From NCBI GenBank assembly GCA_043816955.1, contig JBDRHL010000221.1, forward strand, positions 590 through 64,589: 64,000 bases of DNA. Direction: 5' to 3'. This DNA comes from Planctomycetota bacterium (lineage in GTDB: Bacteria; Planctomycetota; Phycisphaerae; Sedimentisphaerales; CAYZTY01). This document shows positions 31,695 to 42,703 of this stretch, piece after piece. Each line of letters begins with the position of its first letter. The stretch's first letter is position 1. The notes under the pieces were generated by a model. It ran no database searches. It saw nothing but the letters and a program-made list of their open reading frames with translations, and was not told where the DNA came from. The translations under genes were made by a program, and so were the position numbers.

Positions 31695-31722
31695 TCACAC
31701 GTCCTTACTATTATCCTGCACT

Positions 31723-32316
31723 CTACTCTTTGCCGCCCTGCTCCTCTGTACTATCGGCGACAGAACCGGCTTCTGTATCTTTAACCTCGACCGTATCCTG
31801 CTCATCTACAACTTCAACTTCCGCTGCTTCCTTGGCAACCTTGGTTGTTTTCTTGCTCTTCTTCCTGCCGGAGCCCTTCTTGCCGGACTTGCCCGAACCT
31901 TCTTCAACCCCCGTACTCTGCCCCACAAGCTGCAACAAAACCACCTGCCCGTTATCACCCAGCCGCCTCTGCGGAAGCTTGATTATTCTCGTATATCCGC
32001 CTTTGCGATCAAGGTATCGAGGTCCAAGCTCACTGAACAGCTTCCCAATTATCGTCCCGCTCTTGACCTCTTTACCGTCCTTATCGCCCACTATGTCACG
32101 GTTACCAAGCATGGAAATCGCCTGCCGTCTTGCCGCAAGTGTACCTTTCTTTGCCAGCGTAATCATCTTCTCGGCAAATGGCCGAACTTCTTTTGCTTTC
32201 GTTATCGTCGTCGAAACTGTTTCATGCTCGAAAAGCGATGATACCAGATTTCGTCGCATCGCCAGACGATGTGAACTCGTTCTGCTTAACTTACGCCCTG
32301 CTACTCGATGCCGCAT
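31723..32316 (-). CDS. rplQ: 50S ribosomal protein L17 with C-terminal extension
   Basis: MRHRVAGRKLSR and GGYTRIIK. Confidence 0.97.
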   Translation of the reverse strand: MRHRVAGRKLSRTSSHRLAMRRNLVSSLFEHETVSTTITKAKEVRPFAEKMITLAKKGTLAARRQAISMLGNRDIVGDKDGKEVKSGTIIGKLFSELGPRYLDRKGGYTRIIKLPQRRLGDNGQVVLLQLVGQSTGVEEGSGKSGKKGSGRKKSKKTTKVAKEAAEVEVVDEQDTVEVKDTEAGSVADSTEEQGGKE

Positions 32317-32348
32317 ATACCCAAATCCTTCTTGCTGACCAACAAAAC

Positions 32349-33350
32349 CTAAATTTCAGTCATACCCAAAGACAATCCTATATCACTGAATTTCCGCTTG
32401 ACTTCCCGAAGACTTGTCTTGCCGAAGCTTCGAATCTTCAGAAGATCCGCTTCTGTCATCTTTGCCAGCTCCCGCACCGTTGATATCTTCGCAGATTCTA
32501 AACAGTTACTTGCCCGAACCGACAAATCCAATTCTTGAACTGACATATTCAGCTTCGCCTCAAGTTCCTCGTCAATACCAGGCTCTTTAACCTCTTCAGG
32601 ACCAATCAGCTCCTCCTCAATAGTCTCTTCGCCAAGCTCAAAGTACTGTACAAACGGATTAATGTGTTTACGCAATATCTTCGCCGCTTCAACAAGAGCC
32701 ATCTCCGGTGTCACTGTACCATTCGTCCAGACTTCAAGAATCAGCCGGTCATAATTCGTCTTCTGCCCGACACGTGTATCCTCAGTCTTATACCTCACTC
32801 GAATTACAGGAGAAAACACCGCGTCAACCAGTATCCTCCCCGTTTCATGTTCAAACCGATCCTCTTCGGCAATACGTTCTGAAGCAGGTGAATAACCACG
32901 ACCATTCTCAACAACCATCTCCATTTCAAAGTGCACATCCTTTGTCAGCGTTACCAGGACTAAATCCTTGTTGATCACCTCTATCGCCGGATCTGCCACA
33001 ATCTGCTCAACCGTCACCGCTCCGGCTTTATCAGCACTTACCTTCATTGTCTTCGGCTCATCGCCCTGAAGACGCACCACAAGACTCTTGACGTTGAGTA
33101 CAATCTCTGTAACGTCTTCCATCACCCCGTCGATCGATGTAAATTCATGATCAACCCCCGCTACCTTGATCGACGTAGTCGCGCTGCCTTCAAGCGAAGA
33201 AAGCAGAACACGCCTCAAACTGTTCCCGATCGTCGTGCCGAAACCACGTTCAAACGGCTCAATATAAAACCGCCCATAAACAGAACTGGAAATCTCATTG
33301 TCACGCTTTACGCCCGTCGGCAACTCAAGTCCACGCCAGGTTATTCGCAT
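32349..33350 (-). CDS. rpoA: RNA polymerase alpha subunit
   Basis: EPFERGFGTTIGNSLRRVLLSS and LSVRASNCL. Confidence 0.98.
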   Translation of the reverse strand: MRITWRGLELPTGVKRDNEISSSVYGRFYIEPFERGFGTTIGNSLRRVLLSSLEGSATTSIKVAGVDHEFTSIDGVMEDVTEIVLNVKSLVVRLQGDEPKTMKVSADKAGAVTVEQIVADPAIEVINKDLVLVTLTKDVHFEMEMVVENGRGYSPASERIAEEDRFEHETGRILVDAVFSPVIRVRYKTEDTRVGQKTNYDRLILEVWTNGTVTPEMALVEAAKILRKHINPFVQYFELGEETIEEELIGPEEVKEPGIDEELEAKLNMSVQELDLSVRASNCLESAKISTVRELAKMTEADLLKIRSFGKTSLREVKRKFSDIGLSLGMTEI

Positions 33351-33456
33351 ATTCGGCCTCCTAAATAAATGGCAAATGTTCTCAGCGGCTTCATCGGCCG
33401 GCCTAGCGACGACAAACCGCTATCTGTTACCTGCCAATCGTACTGTACATTAAAAA

Positions 33457-34089
33457 CTACCGCGAGCAAAACTCAACTAGCAACTGTTCTTCCACCGGTA
33501 TCTGGACATCATCCCGGCTGGGCAGACCGACGATCGTCGCTGCCGGTGTACCTCGATCTAGCTGAAGCCAGCTCTGAGCCGTATAATTCGGATTGCTCTC
33601 CAGTTGCTCCTTTATCAGCTTCTCGCTTTTCTCAGACCTCTTTACTGTTATTTTATCGCCAACCTTTACCGTATAACCGGCAACATTTACTTTCCGCCCG
33701 TTAACGTAAATATGACCGTGCAGGATTAACTGCCGTGCTGCCTTGCGCGATGCAGCAAAATTCAGCTTGTAAACAACGTTATCAAGACGACGCTCAAGCA
33801 GAATCAGCAGGGATTCTCCCGTATTACCAGGCATCCGCTCCGCACGCCTGAAGCACAGCATGAACTGCTTGTCCAGAAGACCGTAATACCTCTTGACCTT
33901 TTGTTTCTCACGCAAACGAGTGCCATATTCACTGTTCCTGCCTCGCCGCCAGCCGTGCATCCCGGGAGCAAGATTTCGTTCACGCCTCTCGATCTGACAT
34001 TTTGCTGTCTCGCACTTGATGCCCTTGAGCATCAGCTTCACACCTTCACGACGGCAAAGCTTACAGGATGAACCCACATACCTGCCCAT
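33457..34089 (-). CDS. rpsD: 30S ribosomal protein S4
   Basis: CKLCRREG, LREKQK and LERRLDNVV. Confidence 0.98.
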   Translation of the reverse strand: MGRYVGSSCKLCRREGVKLMLKGIKCETAKCQIERRERNLAPGMHGWRRGRNSEYGTRLREKQKVKRYYGLLDKQFMLCFRRAERMPGNTGESLLILLERRLDNVVYKLNFAASRKAARQLILHGHIYVNGRKVNVAGYTVKVGDKITVKRSEKSEKLIKEQLESNPNYTAQSWLQLDRGTPAATIVGLPSRDDVQIPVEEQLLVEFCSR

Positions 34090-34133
34090 TATCTATTTTA
34101 TCTCCAAAAATATAGCTCTTCGCCAAACAATCT

Positions 34134-34514
34134 TTAAACACGTCGTCTCTTCGGAGGCCGACATCCATTATGCGGCAGCGGGGTAACGTCCTCTATCGAT
34201 GTAATTCGCAGGCCCGCCTGTTCCAAGGCTGATATCGCCGATTCCCTCCCGGATCCCGGACCTTTAACCCTTATCTCAACCTCCCGGACCCCGTTGCGCT
34301 GTGCAAGACCTGCGCACTTCTCAGCAGCACGCTGGGCTGCAAAAGGAGTGCTCTTGCGAGAACCTTTGAAACCAACCTGACCCGACGACGCCGAACAAAT
34401 TGTATCTCCGTCAGGATCGGTTATTGTTATCAGCGTATTATTGAACGTCGCCTTGATATGAACCGTAGCCTTTGCGACACTTCTTCGTATTTTTCTTTTA
34501 CCGGTCTTCGCCAT
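34134..34514 (-). CDS. rpsK: 30S ribosomal protein S11
   Basis: KSTPFAAQ and [18 protein letters not shown]. Confidence 0.98.
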   Translation of the reverse strand: MAKTGKRKIRRSVAKATVHIKATFNNTLITITDPDGDTICSASSGQVGFKGSRKSTPFAAQRAAEKCAGLAQRNGVREVEIRVKGPGSGRESAISALEQAGLRITSIEDVTPLPHNGCRPPKRRRV

Positions 34515-34564
34515 TCGCCAAATTTCCTCTCATGTCATATTAAACACAACCGACCAAAATGCCC

Positions 34565-34948
34565 CTATCGTATCTCCTTTACACCCTTCTTGCCCGCTAC
34601 TGTTTTCTTCTTGCCTTTTCGTGTCCTCGCATTACTCTGTGTCTGCTGCCCGCGAACCGGCAGACCACGACGATGCCGCAAACCTCGATAACACCCAATA
34701 TCACGTAGCCTCGCTATATCCTGCGCAATCTGGCGACGCAACTGACCCTCAACAACATAGTTACGGTCAATAATCTGCGTCACCCTGCTTACCTCATCTT
34801 CCGTAAGTCTACCCGCTTTCAGCGAAGAATCAATCTGCGCCTCTTTCAGAATCTGACCGGACGTATACTTGCCTATGCCGTAAATATACGTCAAAGCTAT
34901 CAGTATCTGCTTATTATTAGGTACATCTACACCAACTATACGAGGCAT
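34565..34948 (-). CDS. rpsM: 30S ribosomal protein S13
   Basis: MPRIVGVD and [15 protein letters not shown]. Confidence 0.98.
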   Translation of the reverse strand: MPRIVGVDVPNNKQILIALTYIYGIGKYTSGQILKEAQIDSSLKAGRLTEDEVSRVTQIIDRNYVVEGQLRRQIAQDIARLRDIGCYRGLRHRRGLPVRGQQTQSNARTRKGKKKTVAGKKGVKEIR

Positions 34949-34984
34949 ATATCCTCCTGTGTTAACTTCCGCACTTAAAACCCG

Positions 34985-35098
34985 CTAACCTTGTTTCTGT
35001 TTATGACGCGGATCTTTGCATATCACTCGCACAACGCCCTTACGACGTATTAACTTGCAATTCTCACATATCCGCTTAACTGAGCTTCGAACCTTCAT
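34985..35098 (-). CDS. rpmJ: 50S ribosomal protein L36 (absent from the ORF track)
   Basis: Hand translation: [37 protein letters not shown]. Confidence 0.97.
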   Translation of the reverse strand: MKVRSSVKRICENCKLIRRKGVVRVICKDPRHKQKQG

Positions 35099-35139
35099 AT
35101 TTCACCTGTACCTTCGATCTGCCTGTTCATATTAAATAA

Positions 35140-35355
35140 TCAGTTTCGCAGAACTATCCGTCCACGATTCAAATCATATGGCGACATCTCTACTGTCACC
35201 ATATCACCGGGAAGAATACGAATAAAATGCATCCGCATCTTGCCCGAAACATGCGCCATTATCCGGTGACCGTTTGCCAACTCAACCCTGAACATGGCAT
35301 TCGGTAGCGCATCTATTACCTTAGCCTCTATTCTTATCGCATCCCTCTTGGCCAT
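35140..35355 (-). CDS. infA: Translation initiation factor IF-1
   Basis: [10 protein letters not shown] and [15 protein letters not shown]. Confidence 0.98.
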   Translation of the reverse strand: MAKRDAIRIEAKVIDALPNAMFRVELANGHRIMAHVSGKMRMHFIRILPGDMVTVEMSPYDLNRGRIVLRN

Positions 35356-35356
35356 A

Positions 35357-36139
35357 TCACCTTTGCGCTGTTAATACCTCACAGCCGTCCTTCACAACTG
35401 CTATCGTATGCTCAAAATGAGCCGAACACTTCTTATCCACAGTTACCACCGTCCAGCCGTCCTGCAGCGTCCGAACATCGCTGACACCTATATTAACCAT
35501 CGGCTCAATCGCCAGAATCATGCCCTCCTGAAGCACTATATCGTTCGCCAGTAACTCAGCACTTACAAAATTCGGAATCTTCGGATCTTCCCACATCTCA
35601 GTGCCGATCCCATGACCCACAAAATCACGCACAACAGAAAAACCTGCAGACTCAACAAATGCCTGCATCTCACCTGCGATCCTGCTCCACTTAAGCCCCG
35701 GTCTGATCCGCTCAATCGCAATATCAAGCATCCGTCTCGTCGCTTCAATCAGTCTTTGTTTCGTATCTTCAAGACAACCTATACCGAAAGTTATTGCTGA
35801 ATCTCCGCAATAACCGTTCAGCCGCACGCCATAGTCGATGCTCACCACATCGCCCGGCTTCAGCACCACCTTCTCAGAGGGTATCCCGTGGACAACTTCC
35901 TCGTTTATCGACGTACAAATCGTCCCAGGAAACTTCTTTCGTGCCGTCGGATTCTTAACACCCTTAAAAAGTGCTTCCACACCGGCCCTGGCAGAGCTTC
36001 TTTCTGCAATCCTGTTAAGCTCCGCTGTTGTCATACCTGCCCTGGCTGACTCGCGTAACTCACAAAGAACCTCGGCAACTACGGCACCTGCCTTGCTAAG
36101 CAGCTCTATCTCCCGTCGACTCCGAAGCGTTATTGCCAT
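35357..36139 (-). CDS. map: Methionine aminopeptidase type I
   Basis: [21 protein letters not shown] and SAHFEHT. Confidence 0.97.
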   Translation of the reverse strand: MAITLRSRREIELLSKAGAVVAEVLCELRESARAGMTTAELNRIAERSSARAGVEALFKGVKNPTARKKFPGTICTSINEEVVHGIPSEKVVLKPGDVVSIDYGVRLNGYCGDSAITFGIGCLEDTKQRLIEATRRMLDIAIERIRPGLKWSRIAGEMQAFVESAGFSVVRDFVGHGIGTEMWEDPKIPNFVSAELLANDIVLQEGMILAIEPMVNIGVSDVRTLQDGWTVVTVDKKCSAHFEHTIAVVKDGCEVLTAQR

Positions 36140-36160
36140 CCTGTCACACACCACACCAAG

Positions 36161-36814
36161 CTACCAGGCCGCAAGACCACTCAGCCTGTCAAATATCTTT
36201 GCCGAAACCTCGTCTACGCCCATACCTGCATCAAAATCCCAGACTTGATAACTACGCCGGTAATACTCAACCACCGCCGCCGTTTCAGCATGGTAAGTCT
36301 TCAGCCGGTTCCACACCACCTCGCTCTGGTCATCAGGACGCTGAACAAGCTCTGCTCCGTCAACATCACAGATACCCTCGACCTTAGGTTTCAAAGTCTC
36401 AATGTGGTACACCGCCCCGCACTTCGGGCAGCTTCGCCGACCACTCAGCCGAGCCGCTATTACCTTATCATCTATCTTCAAATTCAAAAGAGCGTCTATA
36501 TTCTCTCCGGAATCACATAACACTTTATCAAGAGCCTTCGCCTGTGCTACCGTACGCGGAAAACCATCAAGTATATAGCCTTTGTTTCCCGCCTTCCTTA
36601 TCGCACCAGCCATCATCTCAATTATTATGCTGTCCGGAACAAGCTCACCGCTGTCCATATAGCCCTGTGCCTTTCTGCCAAGTTCCGTCTTCTCCGCACG
36701 TTCCTGGCGAAGAATATCGCCGCTCGACAGATGAGCTATTCCATACTTTTCAACAATACGCTTACACTGTGTTCCTTTTCCGGCTCCCGGCGGTCCCATC
36801 AGGATCACTCTCAT
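36161..36814 (-). CDS. adk: Adenylate kinase
   Basis: GPPGAGKGTQ, LDGFPRT and a zinc lid. Confidence 0.97.
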   Translation of the reverse strand: MRVILMGPPGAGKGTQCKRIVEKYGIAHLSSGDILRQERAEKTELGRKAQGYMDSGELVPDSIIIEMMAGAIRKAGNKGYILDGFPRTVAQAKALDKVLCDSGENIDALLNLKIDDKVIAARLSGRRSCPKCGAVYHIETLKPKVEGICDVDGAELVQRPDDQSEVVWNRLKTYHAETAAVVEYYRRSYQVWDFDAGMGVDEVSAKIFDRLSGLAAW

Positions 36815-38166
36815 CCTCTTACGCCCTTTATGCGCCCACTCTCGCTGAAACCGTCATAATGCCGCATCATCAAACTCGATTCGATCTTCTGAACCAGATC
36901 GAGCGACACGCTTATGACAATCAGCAGGCCCGTTCCGCCCAGGTACGCAGTAACCCGCTGGTCTATGTCCAGCCACTGCGACAATACCGTCGGCACTACC
37001 GCAATCACCGCAAGAAACGCCGCACCATAGTACGTGATACGAACCATTACCGTCTCAAGATATTCCGCCGTCCGGTGCCCGGGCCGAAGACCGGGAATAA
37101 AACTGCCCGCATCCCGAAGACGCTTGGCCATGTCCTTCGGCTGAAACTGAACCGTCGTCCAGAAATAAGCGAATCCAAAAATCAGAAGTATATACAGGAC
37201 ATTATATGTAAACGCGCGTGGAAGAAACGCCGCATAAAGCTGGCTGAAAATCGACGACGTCTTCACCGAACCGACACGCTGTAATTGAGAAAACAGAAGC
37301 ATCGGAAACTGCATCAGGCTCACAGCAAAAATTATAGGAATCACCCCGCCCGTGTTCAGTCTCAGCGGAAGATAATGCCTCTGACCGCCGTACATCCGCC
37401 TGCCGCGCATCTGCTTGGCCTGCTGAATCGGTATACGCCTGTGCCCCTGAGTTATCAGTATCGCACCTGCCACTACAAATATAAATGCCAGAACCAGAAA
37501 AATTATCTTGCCGGGGCCATAAGACCCTACCCCCGCACCAACCGTAAAGTCAGCGTTTTGCCAAACCATATGAACCGCCCAGGGCATCCGCGAAACAATG
37601 CCCGCCATAATCAGCAGACTTATCCCGTTGCCTATTCCGTATTCATCTATCTGTTCACCCAGCCACATCAGAAACAGCGTCCCTGCTGTCATCCCGACAA
37701 CACCCATCACCATAGCTGTCCCCTGCATCCCGGGATATGTCAGCCCACCCAGCACCTTCATCGCCATCATCGACTGCAATACACACAGCGGAACCGTCAG
37801 GTAACGCGTATATTCCTGTATCTTCTTTTGGCCGCTCGCGCCTTCCTCGCGAAGCTTTTTCAGCGACGGCAAAACCTCACCAAGCAGCATCAGTATAATC
37901 GAAGCCGAAATATAAGGCATGATCCCAAGACCGAATAAACTGCTTTGGCTCAGAGTCCCGCCGCTGAACATCTGCATATACTCAGTTATTCTTCCTAGGG
38001 CGCTGTCGGCCTCTCTGCTTTGTGCAAGACGCGAAATAGCCTCAACATCAAAACCCGGAACTGGTATATGATACCCAATCCTGTAGATACACAATAGCGC
38101 TATCGTAAAAATAACCTTGTTGCGCAGATCAGGAATCTTGAATACATTAATAAACGTTCTTAGCAT
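36811..38166 (-). CDS. secY: Preprotein translocase SecY
   Basis: LGIMPYISASII, GIGNGISL, IPGLRPG and GGTGLLI. Confidence 0.98.
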   Translation of the reverse strand: MLRTFINVFKIPDLRNKVIFTIALLCIYRIGYHIPVPGFDVEAISRLAQSREADSALGRITEYMQMFSGGTLSQSSLFGLGIMPYISASIILMLLGEVLPSLKKLREEGASGQKKIQEYTRYLTVPLCVLQSMMAMKVLGGLTYPGMQGTAMVMGVVGMTAGTLFLMWLGEQIDEYGIGNGISLLIMAGIVSRMPWAVHMVWQNADFTVGAGVGSYGPGKIIFLVLAFIFVVAGAILITQGHRRIPIQQAKQMRGRRMYGGQRHYLPLRLNTGGVIPIIFAVSLMQFPMLLFSQLQRVGSVKTSSIFSQLYAAFLPRAFTYNVLYILLIFGFAYFWTTVQFQPKDMAKRLRDAGSFIPGLRPGHRTAEYLETVMVRITYYGAAFLAVIAVVPTVLSQWLDIDQRVTAYLGGTGLLIVISVSLDLVQKIESSLMMRHYDGFSESGRIKGVRG

Positions 38167-38168
38167 CT

Positions 38169-38636
38169 TCAGCTTCCAATCTCTTTCCACGCCACTACTT
38201 GAGCCGTCCCGCCACAGCCGGCTATTTTCTGACCAGCCGCTTTGCTGAACTTGTGCGCTAGTACATCCAGCTTCTTCGTCAGCTCCCCCTCACCTAGAAT
38301 CTTTACCTTGGCTTTCATGTTGGCTACCAAACCCGCCTCGTGAAGCTCGGCTATCCCCACAGTTGTGCCATCAGTAAAGCATCGCTCCAACTGTGAAACG
38401 TTAACTATCGAATAACGTGTTGCAAAATTGAAATTGCTGAATCCGCACTTGGGCAGCCTCCGGAATAACGGCATCTGACCGCCCTCGTAAGTCGGACGTG
38501 CAAATGATCCCGCCCTGCTGCCGCTGCCCTTGTGACCTCGGCAGGAAGTCTTCCCATGGCCGCTGCCTGTCCCTCGACCAATACGCTTGCGCCTCTTGTG
38601 CCCACCTGCAATCGAAGTTATTTCGTGACTTAACAT
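38169..38636 (-). CDS. rplO: 50S ribosomal protein L15
   Basis: GRGTGSGHGKT and EGGQMPLFRRLPK. Confidence 0.97.
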   Translation of the reverse strand: MLSHEITSIAGGHKRRKRIGRGTGSGHGKTSCRGHKGSGSRAGSFARPTYEGGQMPLFRRLPKCGFSNFNFATRYSIVNVSQLERCFTDGTTVGIAELHEAGLVANMKAKVKILGEGELTKKLDVLAHKFSKAAGQKIAGCGGTAQVVAWKEIGS

Positions 38637-38644
38637 CTCAAATA

Positions 38645-39205
38645 TCACCACCTTTTGACCGCTTCGACTTCAACTCCCCTAAGTTCTTCTACCATCTCTT
38701 TGCTGCGTAAACTCAACAGTCCGTTCAGCGTAGCTTTCGCCACATTCTTCGGGCAAGTACTGCCATAAATCTTCGTAAGAACGTCCTGAACACCGGCATA
38801 TTCCAGCACGGCTCGAGCGCTTGAGCCTGCTATAACTCCCGTGCCGGGGCTTGCCGGAAGCAGACGCACATCCGTCGCTCTGCATTTACCAGACACATGG
38901 TGAGGTATCGTACGCCCTGAAAGAGCTATCTTGTGAAGATTCTTCTTCGCTTCCTTCACACCCTTCTCCACTGCCATCGGAACCTCATTCGCCTTGCCGT
39001 AACCAAGACCTACCGTACCATGGCGATCACCTACTACAACAAGCGCCGAAAAGCTGAAACGCCTGCCGCCCTTCACCACCTTTGCGTTGCGGAAAACCTT
39101 GATCACCGTATCCTCAAGTGGATATTCCTCTTCTCCGCCAAAACTACGGACCCTCTCAACGGGAGCCTCTGCTTGCACTGTCGATTTTAACGATTCCTCT
39201 GCCAA
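38645..39205 (-). CDS. rpsE: 30S ribosomal protein S5
   Basis: KVVKGGRRFSFSALVVVGD. Confidence 0.98.
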   Translation of the reverse strand: MAEESLKSTVQAEAPVERVRSFGGEEEYPLEDTVIKVFRNAKVVKGGRRFSFSALVVVGDRHGTVGLGYGKANEVPMAVEKGVKEAKKNLHKIALSGRTIPHHVSGKCRATDVRLLPASPGTGVIAGSSARAVLEYAGVQDVLTKIYGSTCPKNVAKATLNGLLSLRSKEMVEELRGVEVEAVKRW

Positions 39206-39230
39206 TCTACTGTCTCCAATAGTTTATCTC

Positions 39231-39599
39231 TTAAAAGACCAGTCCGGATTTCCTCGCCGAATCTGCAAGCGCCTTGACTCTGCCATGATATTTGCACCGA
39301 CCTCTGTCAAGACAAACCGCATTAATTCCAACCTGCATTGCTTGTTTCGCTATCGCCGCGCCCACCGCCTCCGCTGCCGCCTTATTGCCGCCTTTGCCCC
39401 TAAGTTCGTCAGCAAGCACTTTCGACCGCGTACTTGCTGATGCCAGTGTACAACCTGCTCCATCGTCAATAATCTGTGCGTATATGTGCCGGTTCGATCT
39501 GAAAACTGACAGTCGCGGACGCTCACCTGTGCCGAATATCCTCTTACGAACATGCAGCTTCCGCCTCATTCTTGTTTTTTTCAATTTCTGACCTTGCAT
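39231..39599 (-). CDS. rplR: 50S ribosomal protein L18
   Basis: [16 protein letters not shown] and YHGRVKALA. Confidence 0.97.
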   Translation of the reverse strand: MQGQKLKKTRMRRKLHVRKRIFGTGERPRLSVFRSNRHIYAQIIDDGAGCTLASASTRSKVLADELRGKGGNKAAAEAVGAAIAKQAMQVGINAVCLDRGRCKYHGRVKALADSARKSGLVF

Positions 39600-39632
39600 A
39601 CTAAAAATCCCTGATAAACGCACCAGATCGAC

Positions 39633-40214
39633 TTATGCCGTACCCGATGCAAATGCCTTCCCTACCTTCCGCCTTACAACCTCATCTGCAAACCGAATCC
39701 CTTTGCCGTTATAAGGCTCCGGTGGACGAACCTTCCGGACTTCTGCTGCAAACTGGCCCAGAACCTGTTTGTCATAGCCCGAAAACGAAAACTTCGCAGG
39801 AACATCGTTACCGCGGGTTGCAGGCACACTGATATTAACCTTCACACTCTTCGGAATCACAAGCTCAGCCGGATGACAGTATCCAACCTGCAGAACAAGC
39901 TTACCGCCCTGTTCCTTCACGTTATAACCCGTGCCGTATATCTCCATCTTCTTCTCAAAACCTTTGCTCACACCCGTGATCATATTCGAAATCAAAGACC
40001 GCACTGTACCGTGCATCGCCTTGTACGTCCGATCTTCCGGTTTTGGATTCTCAACATATATCTCGTTTTTGCTCGTATCAACCTTCACTGTTATACTCGG
40101 TGGACAGTCCAGTTGCAGGCTTCCCTTCGACCCCGAAACTTTCACTGTACAGCCGCTCTGTTCGACCTTCACGCCCGCCGGAATTACTATGACTTTTTTG
40201 CCTATACGACTCAT
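39633..40214 (-). CDS. rplF: 50S ribosomal protein L6
   Basis: MSRIGK and RPPEPYNGKGIR. Confidence 0.97.
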   Translation of the reverse strand: MSRIGKKVIVIPAGVKVEQSGCTVKVSGSKGSLQLDCPPSITVKVDTSKNEIYVENPKPEDRTYKAMHGTVRSLISNMITGVSKGFEKKMEIYGTGYNVKEQGGKLVLQVGYCHPAELVIPKSVKVNISVPATRGNDVPAKFSFSGYDKQVLGQFAAEVRKVRPPEPYNGKGIRFADEVVRRKVGKAFASGTA

Positions 40215-40616
40215 TTAGCTCACCGTACAAATCAGTTCACCGCCTATGTTTTCCTTGCGGCATCTTCTGTCACTCATCACACCTTTACTTGTTGATACTA
40301 CCGCTATCCCAAGACCGCTAAGAACCCTCGGAAGGGCGTCAACCGGGCAATATACCCTTCGACCAGGCTTGCTCTGACGCACCAGTTCGTGAATCACCGC
40401 TTCACCATTTGCGCTGTACTTCAGATGAACACGCAGCAAACCCTGCTTGGTCACATCCTCTATCCTGTCATAATCCAGGATATAGCCTTCATCCTTAAGA
40501 ACTTCCGCCACCCCCTCACAAACTTTCGAGGCCTTCACATTGACCTGCCCCCTCTTGATTCGAACCGCATTGCGAATCCTCGTAAGCATATCGGCTACCG
40601 GATCACTAAGACTCAT
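40215..40616 (-). CDS. rpsH: 30S ribosomal protein S8
   Basis: DPVADMLTRIRNA and SKPGRRVY. Confidence 0.98.
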   Translation of the reverse strand: MSLSDPVADMLTRIRNAVRIKRGQVNVKASKVCEGVAEVLKDEGYILDYDRIEDVTKQGLLRVHLKYSANGEAVIHELVRQSKPGRRVYCPVDALPRVLSGLGIAVVSTSKGVMSDRRCRKENIGGELICTVS

Positions 40617-40662
40617 ATGCGCTCTGCTCCGTAATTCATATGAAAAAACCTCTCTTTACCTC

Positions 40663-40848
40663 TTACCAACTGGCCTTCCTCACACCCGGAATCTTACCCT
40701 CATTTGCCAGAGTCCTGAAGCAAATCCTGCAAATCTTGAACTTCCGATATACCGCGTGCGACCTGCCGCACAGCTCGCAGCGTGTATACGACCGCACTCG
40801 AAACTTCGGCTGCTTCCTCGATTTATTTATCCAAGCCTTTGTTGCCAT
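40663..40848 (-). CDS. rpsN: 30S ribosomal protein S14 (zinc-binding type Z)
   Basis: RCELCGR...ICRICFR and IPGVRKASW. Confidence 0.97.
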   Translation of the reverse strand: MATKAWINKSRKQPKFRVRSYTRCELCGRSHAVYRKFKICRICFRTLANEGKIPGVRKASW

Positions 40849-40909
40849 CAATTTGCTCCATCTGTTTCTTTACTTCCCATCGCCCTGCGATGGCTCATCC
40901 GGAAACCTC

Positions 40910-41452
40910 TCACTCTTCCCGCAGCGGCATTCCGAACAAACGCAGCATCTCTTTACCCTCTTCGTCCGTCCGGGCCGTTGTCACAAACGTTATATCCATC
41001 CCCTGCGGCACTTCAATCTCCACAGGATTCACTTCAGGAAATACACTCTGTTCCGTAAGCCCCATCGAGTAATTGCCCCTGCCGTCAAAACCCTTCGGAT
41101 TCAATCCACGAAAATCACGTACGCGAGGTATCGCCAGACTCACCAGCCGGTCCATAAACTCGTACATCCGCTTTTTTCGAAGTGTCACTTTGCATCCTAT
41201 CGCCATTCCCTCGCGAAGTTTGAAGTTGGACACACTCTTCTTGGCCTTACATATCAGCGGTTTCTGACCGGTAATCATCGTTATCGCTTTAATCGCTTCA
41301 TCCAGGTGTTTTTTCTCAGCTACCGCCTTGCCGACACCCATTGACACGACAATCTTCTCCAGCTTCGGAACCCCCATCGCGCTCGAATAACCAAAACGCT
41401 TCTTAAGCTGTGGTACTACCTGCAAATGGTATATATCTTCAAAACGTGCCAT
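40910..41452 (-). CDS. rplE: 50S ribosomal protein L5
   Basis: [14 protein letters not shown] and FDGRGNY. Confidence 0.98.
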   Translation of the reverse strand: MARFEDIYHLQVVPQLKKRFGYSSAMGVPKLEKIVVSMGVGKAVAEKKHLDEAIKAITMITGQKPLICKAKKSVSNFKLREGMAIGCKVTLRKKRMYEFMDRLVSLAIPRVRDFRGLNPKGFDGRGNYSMGLTEQSVFPEVNPVEIEVPQGMDITFVTTARTDEEGKEMLRLFGMPLREE

Positions 41453-41465
41453 ATCCACACCAATG

Positions 41466-41795
41466 TTATACTTTCCTGATTACGCCTATTTCGGTCCCGT
41501 CAAGCGCCACTCGCTTCTTGCCTCCGTCTTTGCTATACTCAAAGCGAACACGAGTACCCGAAGAGCTTTTCGGGTTCACCGGCAGAACGTTGCTTATATC
41601 CACCGGCTGCTCAACAAGTATCCTGCCGCCCTGTGGCGCCTTTGCAGATGGACGAACATGTTTATGTTTCCGGTTATGCCCCTCTATCACAACCTTGCCC
41701 TTCTTGCGAAGAACACGCATAACTCTCCCAGTAGCGCCCTTATGCTCACCAGCTATTATCTGAACCGTATCACCTTTTTTCACATGTATAGCCAT
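41466..41795 (-). CDS. rplX: 50S ribosomal protein L24
   Basis: [11 protein letters not shown] (KOW) and ISNV. Confidence 0.96.
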   Translation of the reverse strand: MAIHVKKGDTVQIIAGEHKGATGRVMRVLRKKGKVVIEGHNRKHKHVRPSAKAPQGGRILVEQPVDISNVLPVNPKSSSGTRVRFEYSKDGGKKRVALDGTEIGVIRKV

Positions 41796-41809
41796 ACTGC
41801 CGTCTCTAA

Positions 41810-42196
41810 TTAAACTACTTCACTCGCCAGAGATATAATCTTCATGAAATTCTTCTCTCGCAGCTCCCGGGCAACTGCACCGAATATGCGGGTGCCTATC
41901 GGATTCTGCTCAGCGTCAATCATCACCGCTGCATTGCTGTCGAACCGAACGTAACTGCCGTCTGACCGCTTCACAGGGCTTCTCGTGCGTATTATCACGC
42001 AGCGATGCACCTTCTTGTCGTCCAGCTGGCAGCTTGGCAGTGATTTCTTGATCGCAACACAAACTACATCCCCCACCGTCGCCTTCGGTCGGCTGAAATT
42101 ACCGCTGGAGCTGCTCTTACCGAGAACCTTGATACATTGCGCAACCTTCACGCCGCTGTTATCGGCGATTATTAACATCGTTTCTTGCTGAATCAA
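41810..42196 (-). CDS. rplN: 50S ribosomal protein L14
   Basis: ADNSG and GTRIFGAVARELR. Confidence 0.98.
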   Translation of the reverse strand: MIQQETMLIIADNSGVKVAQCIKVLGKSSSSGNFSRPKATVGDVVCVAIKKSLPSCQLDDKKVHRCVIIRTRSPVKRSDGSYVRFDSNAAVMIDAEQNPIGTRIFGAVARELREKNFMKIISLASEVV

Positions 42197-42217
42197 CTGC
42201 CTGACCCTTATATCTCG

Positions 42218-42481
42218 CTACTCTGCGACCGCTTTTCCAAGAATCCTGACCAGACGCCAGCTCTTTGTCTTGCTGATCGGCCGGCATTCCACTACTTCAA
42301 CCGTATCACCAACTGCCGCTGCATTCTCAGGATCATGAACACCAAGCTTGGTTGTCCGCCTGATATACTTACCATATTTGCGGTGCTTCAGCAGGTATTC
42401 TATCGCCACCCGGATACTTTTGTCTCCGCTGCGGCTTACCACAACACCGCTTCTTGTTTTTTGCTCTTTCACATTTGCCAT
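42218..42481 (-). CDS. rpsQ: 30S ribosomal protein S17
   Basis: GVVVS and [11 protein letters not shown]. Confidence 0.97.
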   Translation of the reverse strand: MANVKEQKTRSGVVVSRSGDKSIRVAIEYLLKHRKYGKYIRRTTKLGVHDPENAAAVGDTVEVVECRPISKTKSWRLVRILGKAVAE

Positions 42482-42487
42482 GACTTC

Positions 42488-42685
42488 TTACTGGTCCTTC
42501 GATTGCCTCTCTCTTATTACCGTCTTGATCCGAGCAATATCATGCCGTATATTATGAGCCAGTTGCGTATTCTCAACATTTTCCGTCACACTCTGGGTAC
42601 GCAAATCAAACAACTGACGTTCAAGCTCATTCAGCCTGCCTTCAAGCTCATCCGGATTCATCTCTCGTATCTCTGATGCCTTCAC
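42488..42685 (-). CDS. rpmC: 50S ribosomal protein L29
   Basis: KASEIREM and DIARIKT; expected position in the S10 operon. Confidence 0.95.
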   Translation of the reverse strand: MKASEIREMNPDELEGRLNELERQLFDLRTQSVTENVENTQLAHNIRHDIARIKTVIRERQSKDQ

Positions 42686-42703
42686 TGAATCTTACCTCCG
42701 CTT

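Noticed and set aside
31723-31920. Lys-rich then acidic C-terminal tail on L17, and Arg/Gly-rich tail on S3
   Set aside because: Low-complexity extensions on these proteins are common.
38630-38650. rpmD (L30) absent between rpsE and rplO
   Set aside because: L30 loss is known in several bacterial lineages, including PVC members; not novel.
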